DNA from: a candidate division WS6 bacterium GW2011_GWF2_39_15
GTDB taxonomy: Bacteria; Patescibacteriota; Dojkabacteria; SC72
Assembly: GCA_000993565.1 (NCBI GenBank)
Contig: LBWK01000001.1
Coordinates: 492,208 to 556,207 of the forward strand
Length of the DNA stretch: 64,000 nucleotides
Direction: 5' to 3'
Part shown: positions 59,661-64,000 of the stretch, piece after piece
Position numbering within the stretch: the stretch's first letter is position 1
Layout of the letters: every line of letters begins with the position of its first letter
Translations under genes and position numbers: made by a program
The notes under the pieces: model-generated
The model's input: the letters and a program-made list of their open reading frames with translations, nothing else
Told to the model about the DNA's origin: nothing
Databases searched by the model: none

Positions 59661-59665
59661 GTCCT

Positions 59666-61114
59666 CTAGCCGAGTCTGGATTTGCACGTCTCTATTTTGT
59701 CCTTAAATCTGCTATCTTTTTCCATCATATCCTCTATCTTTTCACATGCATGGAGCACCGTTGTATGATCTTGCCTGTTTACTTCTCTGGCAACCCTTTC
59801 TAAAGGTAAACCCAGTTCATTCCTAAGGATATACATTATAACCTGTCTTGTTGTCGCAAGATATGCCGTCCTTCTTTTACCTTTTATGTCTCTTGGTGTC
59901 ACGTCAAATATCTCGCATACTACATCCATTATTCTTTCAGGTTTTATCCTCTTCCTTTTACTCTCCAGATCCAGTTGGAGAGTTTTAGCGACCTGTTCCA
60001 GATTTACTTCCTGGCCGAGTCTTCTCATGGAGATTATCTTTATTGCTGCCCCTTCCAGTTCTCTTACGTTGTTTTCTACGTTTTTAGCGATTAGTTCAAC
60101 CGTCTCTCTATCCAGGGTTGTATTTTGTTCTGCGGCTATCTGTTGCAGTATTGCCATTCTCGTTTCATAATCCGGAGCTTGAAGGTCAGCCACCATTCCT
60201 CCGGAGAATCTGGACCTTAATCTGTCTGTTATATTCTTAATCTCTTTTGGGGGTCTGTCTGCGGCCATAATCATCTGCTTATTTGATTGATACAGTGTAT
60301 TGAAAGTGTGGAATAGCTCCTCCTGTGTCTTAGGGTATGTCTCTACAAATTGGATGTCATCTATTATGAGCAGGTCTATCTCCCTGTACTTTTTCCTGAA
60401 CTTCTCGTTGGTTCTTGTTCTTATGGATTCTATTAATTCATTGAGGAATTGTTCAATAGGGACATATACAACCTTTTTATCAGGATAGTTATTTATAACT
60501 TCATTTCCAATGGCCTGCATTAAGTGGGTCTTCCCTACCCCGGTTGGTCCGTAGAAGAAGACAGGATTATATAGTGTCCCGAGTTCTTTAACGACAGATT
60601 CCGCTACGGCGTGTGAGAGTGCATTGTGAGTACCTACAATGAAGTTGGAGAAGAGATATTTGGGATTGAGCTGTGCCTGTCTCGCAAGCTTATCTTTTCC
60701 CTCAACTATTTTGTCCTGTACTTCACTGAATATATTAAAGGATCCGTCCTGCCCTACTTTCACCTCCTGTATTGTTTTTGGAGTACTGTTGTTGACGGAG
60801 GATCTTATTTTTATGGTCAACTCTATTCTCTGTCCTGTTGCCTGACTTAGGCTTCTGGTGATTAAGCCTCTATGGTACTGTTCAAGGTATTCTCTCTGGA
60901 AGGACCGATCACATGATAGTTCTGCTATACCGTTCTCGACCTTTTCCAGGAATACTCCTTTAAACCATGTTTTGTAGTCTCTTGGTGATATGTATAGCCG
61001 TACATTTTCGCAGACTATTTTCCAGATCTCATCAATATCAAATTTGGCTGTATTAGGAGCGACATCCCTCTTTTCGGATATTTCAGGTTTTAAGATTTCA
61101 GGTTCATTAGCCAT
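59666..61114 (-). CDS. dnaA: Chromosomal replication initiator DnaA
   Basis: LNPKYLFSNFIVG; YNPVFFYGPTGVGKTHL; IDDIQF; QEELFHTFN; DHTTVLHA. Confidence 0.98.
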   Translation of the reverse strand: MANEPEILKPEISEKRDVAPNTAKFDIDEIWKIVCENVRLYISPRDYKTWFKGVFLEKVENGIAELSCDRSFQREYLEQYHRGLITRSLSQATGQRIELTIKIRSSVNNSTPKTIQEVKVGQDGSFNIFSEVQDKIVEGKDKLARQAQLNPKYLFSNFIVGTHNALSHAVAESVVKELGTLYNPVFFYGPTGVGKTHLMQAIGNEVINNYPDKKVVYVPIEQFLNELIESIRTRTNEKFRKKYREIDLLIIDDIQFVETYPKTQEELFHTFNTLYQSNKQMIMAADRPPKEIKNITDRLRSRFSGGMVADLQAPDYETRMAILQQIAAEQNTTLDRETVELIAKNVENNVRELEGAAIKIISMRRLGQEVNLEQVAKTLQLDLESKRKRIKPERIMDVVCEIFDVTPRDIKGKRRTAYLATTRQVIMYILRNELGLPLERVAREVNRQDHTTVLHACEKIEDMMEKDSRFKDKIETCKSRLG

Positions 61115-61186
61115 ATAGATATGGTTAGAATATATTTCAAAGCTTGGGGCAGTATGTAATTGGAGCTGATATACTAATAGCAGATA

Positions 61187-61195
61187 TGTGGATAA
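61187..61195 (-). promoter_or_regulatory. Perfect DnaA box upstream of dnaA, probably autoregulatory
   Basis: TGTGGATAA, i.e. TTATCCACA on the minus strand. Confidence 0.75.
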
Positions 61196-61254
61196 GTTGT
61201 AAAGTGTAAAGAAGAAAAGGCCTAGTTAGAAGAAAAGTTTGAGTCAATCAATCT

Positions 61255-63450
61255 CTACTTCTTTAAACCTAGTCTTTCAAATATATTTAAACTTTGCGGG
61301 CTTGTATTAGCTTTGTTCTTTTGATGTATTGGTATTGTAAGGACAAATGTGGACCCTTTACCTAATACACTTCTGACTTTGAATTGACCTCCATGTTTCT
61401 TTATTATTCCAATACTAACGTAAACTCCTAAACCTGTTCCACCAGGTTTTACAACGAGATTATCACGCTCATGGTCGGCCCTGTAAAACTTTTCTCCAAG
61501 ATGCTTGAGTGAATCTTTTGATATTCCTAAACCTGTATCCGAAACTGTTACTATATAGTATCGATCATCCTTTTCTAGCTCTACTTTTATATCTCCTTTT
61601 GGAGTGTATTTAACAGCGTTATTTATTATATTATCGAAAACTTCAAGTATTCTAGTCCTATCTACTTCTACTTCCCACCTCTCAGAGCCTTTAGGGCTTT
61701 TAAAAGTGAAATTTAACCCTTTCTTATTGATCTCGTGAATATGAGGCTCGTAACTTTCTCTAAGAATGCTAACTATGTTTGCCTGTTCAAAATTCAGTTC
61801 CAATTTATTCTGATCAAGTTTGGTTGCTCCGAGTAAAGAATTTATAAGTCTAACTTCTCGGAGGATAGCAGAGTTTATATTTTCAACATATTCAGCGATG
61901 CTGAAATATATTTTCGAATTTATAAGGTGTTTTGTCAGGAGCTCGAACTGTAATTTTACTATACTAATTGGAGTTCTAAGCTCGTGTCCCATTATATCAA
62001 TCATGTCCCGCTCTCTTCTCTGGGCTTCCAAGAGCTGTTCATATTTATTGTTTATATCTTTTGTTTGTTCTTTAACTTTTTGCTCAAGCCGGGTATTAAA
62101 TCTTGTTACCTCCGAATATAAATAAGCTCGGGACATACTTACTGAGAGGTTTTGAGTTAAGAGTTTGATAAGGGAGTATTCCTTCAAATCTAATGAAATA
62201 TTTGCTCCAGAAAGCTTAACAAGTCCTATTACTGTTTTATCGTTATTAATCGGAATTATTAACACAACTTGTTTTTTGATAAGGAGTTTGAGAAACTTTT
62301 CGATCCACTGTATGTCAGATTCCGTCTTATAACTCTCATCTATTACTATCTCAGGTGTAACAGGTTTTGTATGACCATTCACCTCCCACCATTTATGGCA
62401 GAGTTCAGAAAGGGGATCCTTCCCTTTTTGGGAAACTTCGAGGGTTACTTCTTGGCTTGGGAATATTGATGATAGAGTGTTTTTTAACTCTTTTAAGACT
62501 AATTCTCTTTTAAAAATAGTTGCGGTTTTAGAGTTAAAATCTAAAATCTCTCTTCGTAGGCGTTCATGCCCTACTTGTGTCACTTTTATTGTTTCGTTGG
62601 AAATAAACGTTATTATTTCAAAAAGGACTATACTTAAAAGGAAGACACTTAACGGGTTTAGGTAGCTATTATAAAGAATAAAGTTGTACGCAGCGATGCT
62701 CACTATTAAGCCGATCACCGTTACTGTAAGTATTCTAATAATGGTTTCTCTAATATCCGAAAAGAAAGCTTTTACAAAGAAAGTTTGGTTTGTTACATAA
62801 AGTAAAAATCCAAGTGATATAAACGCAATAGGTCCATACTCCAGTAATCCTACGACCGGGAAATATGTAAGTCCTACTCCTAAAAATATATATACAATGG
62901 CTAATGCAATTATTAGAGCTAAAATTTGTAACTTCTGTGTTCGGGTGTAACTACGGAGATTCTTTATCCAATGTGCTAATGTAGTAACCAGAATTACAAT
63001 TGCGTAAATAAGAGAAATCGTATAAAAACTCCCTGGAGAATATTCCGCCGGCCCATTTTCTACTATTTTAAAGCTACTAATATTCTGTTCACTATTTAGT
63101 CTCAGTGCAAAAAGAACAGTTAATATGACTGTTCCGATGTTGAGTATATTCGCTGCGATAGCCTTTTTCTTGTGTATTGTTTGTGGGAATATCGAAGCAA
63201 TTGTGAGAAAGGCCGACATGAAGTTTAACGGGAATAGTATTGCCAGCCTTGCCGCCACTATTGCTATCCCAGGTTCTTTGGATAAATCGGCTACGGAATT
63301 TGCAATAACCCAGCCGAACGCTGATATGAGTAAGTATAGATAGATAAATTGCTCTGACACTTTCATACCTCTTCGCCTCTTAAGGAAGGAGAATAGATTT
63401 ACTCCTAAAATCAGTAGTATGAAGGTATAAATAATGTATAGACTGACCAC
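61255..63450 (-). CDS. Multi-TM sensor histidine kinase (7TM-type input, GAF-like region, HisKA, HATPase)
   Basis: About 9 TMs; GHELRTP; NIINNAVKYT; DTGLGI; GGTGLG. Confidence 0.92.
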   Translation of the reverse strand: MVSLYIIYTFILLILGVNLFSFLKRRRGMKVSEQFIYLYLLISAFGWVIANSVADLSKEPGIAIVAARLAILFPLNFMSAFLTIASIFPQTIHKKKAIAANILNIGTVILTVLFALRLNSEQNISSFKIVENGPAEYSPGSFYTISLIYAIVILVTTLAHWIKNLRSYTRTQKLQILALIIALAIVYIFLGVGLTYFPVVGLLEYGPIAFISLGFLLYVTNQTFFVKAFFSDIRETIIRILTVTVIGLIVSIAAYNFILYNSYLNPLSVFLLSIVLFEIITFISNETIKVTQVGHERLRREILDFNSKTATIFKRELVLKELKNTLSSIFPSQEVTLEVSQKGKDPLSELCHKWWEVNGHTKPVTPEIVIDESYKTESDIQWIEKFLKLLIKKQVVLIIPINNDKTVIGLVKLSGANISLDLKEYSLIKLLTQNLSVSMSRAYLYSEVTRFNTRLEQKVKEQTKDINNKYEQLLEAQRRERDMIDIMGHELRTPISIVKLQFELLTKHLINSKIYFSIAEYVENINSAILREVRLINSLLGATKLDQNKLELNFEQANIVSILRESYEPHIHEINKKGLNFTFKSPKGSERWEVEVDRTRILEVFDNIINNAVKYTPKGDIKVELEKDDRYYIVTVSDTGLGISKDSLKHLGEKFYRADHERDNLVVKPGGTGLGVYVSIGIIKKHGGQFKVRSVLGKGSTFVLTIPIHQKNKANTSPQSLNIFERLGLKK

Positions 63451-63454
63451 GTTA

Positions 63455-64000
63455 CTATTTTACGTTATAAATTTTTGGGAAAGGTTTCATCTGAAAACGC
63501 TCAAAAACAGAGGTATAAGCACCTGCTTGTTCAAGTTTTAGAATATCTCCGATTTTAATATTGCGAGGCAGTAAAACCCTTTGCCTAATAATATCATATC
63601 CGTCGCATGAGTACCCGCCAACTTTATAAAAAGTTTTAAGAAGAGAATCGCCGTTTCCATTGCCTAATAGTGGGTATTCAAAATGTTCGAGAGCTTCAAT
63701 TACTCCTGCAAAAACGCTAGTGTCTAGGATGAGCAAAGGAGGTCTTTTATATGGTTTGATATCGATGATGCTTGCATAAAGAGTCATCGTATTTGCTACC
63801 ATTGCTCGTCCAGGTTCAAGAAAGAGATTAAGATTTGGGAGTAATTTTCTGATTGCTTTTACCTCTGAAGTTAAACGTTTTATATAAAAAGAAAGAGGTT
63901 TTACATCAGCAGTATATTTTGCGGGTATGCCCCCACCTAAGTTCAATTTTGTAACCTCAATTCCCTGATCTTTTGCGTAGTAAATAAGATTGATGGCATT
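63455..64000 (-). CDS. Fold-type III PLP decarboxylase (ornithine/diaminopimelate family), 5'-truncated by the window edge
   Basis: LNLGGG; LEPGRAMVA; GYSCDGYD; AGAYT; frame is open to position 64000. Confidence 0.85.
   Translation of the reverse strand, partial: NAINLIYYAKDQGIEVTKLNLGGGIPAKYTADVKPLSFYIKRLTSEVKAIRKLLPNLNLFLEPGRAMVANTMTLYASIIDIKPYKRPPLLILDTSVFAGVIEALEHFEYPLLGNGNGDSLLKTFYKVGGYSCDGYDIIRQRVLLPRNIKIGDILKLEQAGAYTSVFERFQMKPFPKIYNVK

Overview
This 64-kb, AT-rich window is bacterial chromosome. Its gene content suggests a Patescibacteria/CPR organism, possibly Dojkabacteria-like; this is an inference from gene families, not a marker phylogeny. The window spans the replication origin: dnaA, an oriC with DnaA boxes and TAG trios, and dnaN at about 57.7-61.2 kb. 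Most genes left of oriC lie on the minus strand. Housekeeping content includes a Xer-type recombinase, smpB, tmRNA, a UvrD-nuclease fusion, endonuclease IV, murA, an OGG glycosylase, a TrmH methylase and three tRNAs, one of them a rare tRNA-Ile(UAU). A co-oriented block carries a TraG/VirD4-like ATPase, a SpoIID-type protein and five tandem VirB2/TrbC-like pilins. Accessory patches follow the tRNA and tmRNA 3' ends. The strongest leads are: a 2637-aa surface protein with three tandem phage tail-fibre-like HxH modules and a polyglycine insert on an FN3 stalk; an orphan archaeal-type GGGP synthase homolog; a solo PemK/MazF toxin with a TTT-TAA frameshift and a convergent antisense promoter over a structured 3' element; a DNA-hypermodification (aGPT-Pplase1) family gene; a decarboxylase/sensor-kinase operon; and pervasive leaderless gene starts. 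No CRISPR array, rRNA or intact transposase was seen. All family calls come from motif recognition by eye, not database searches.
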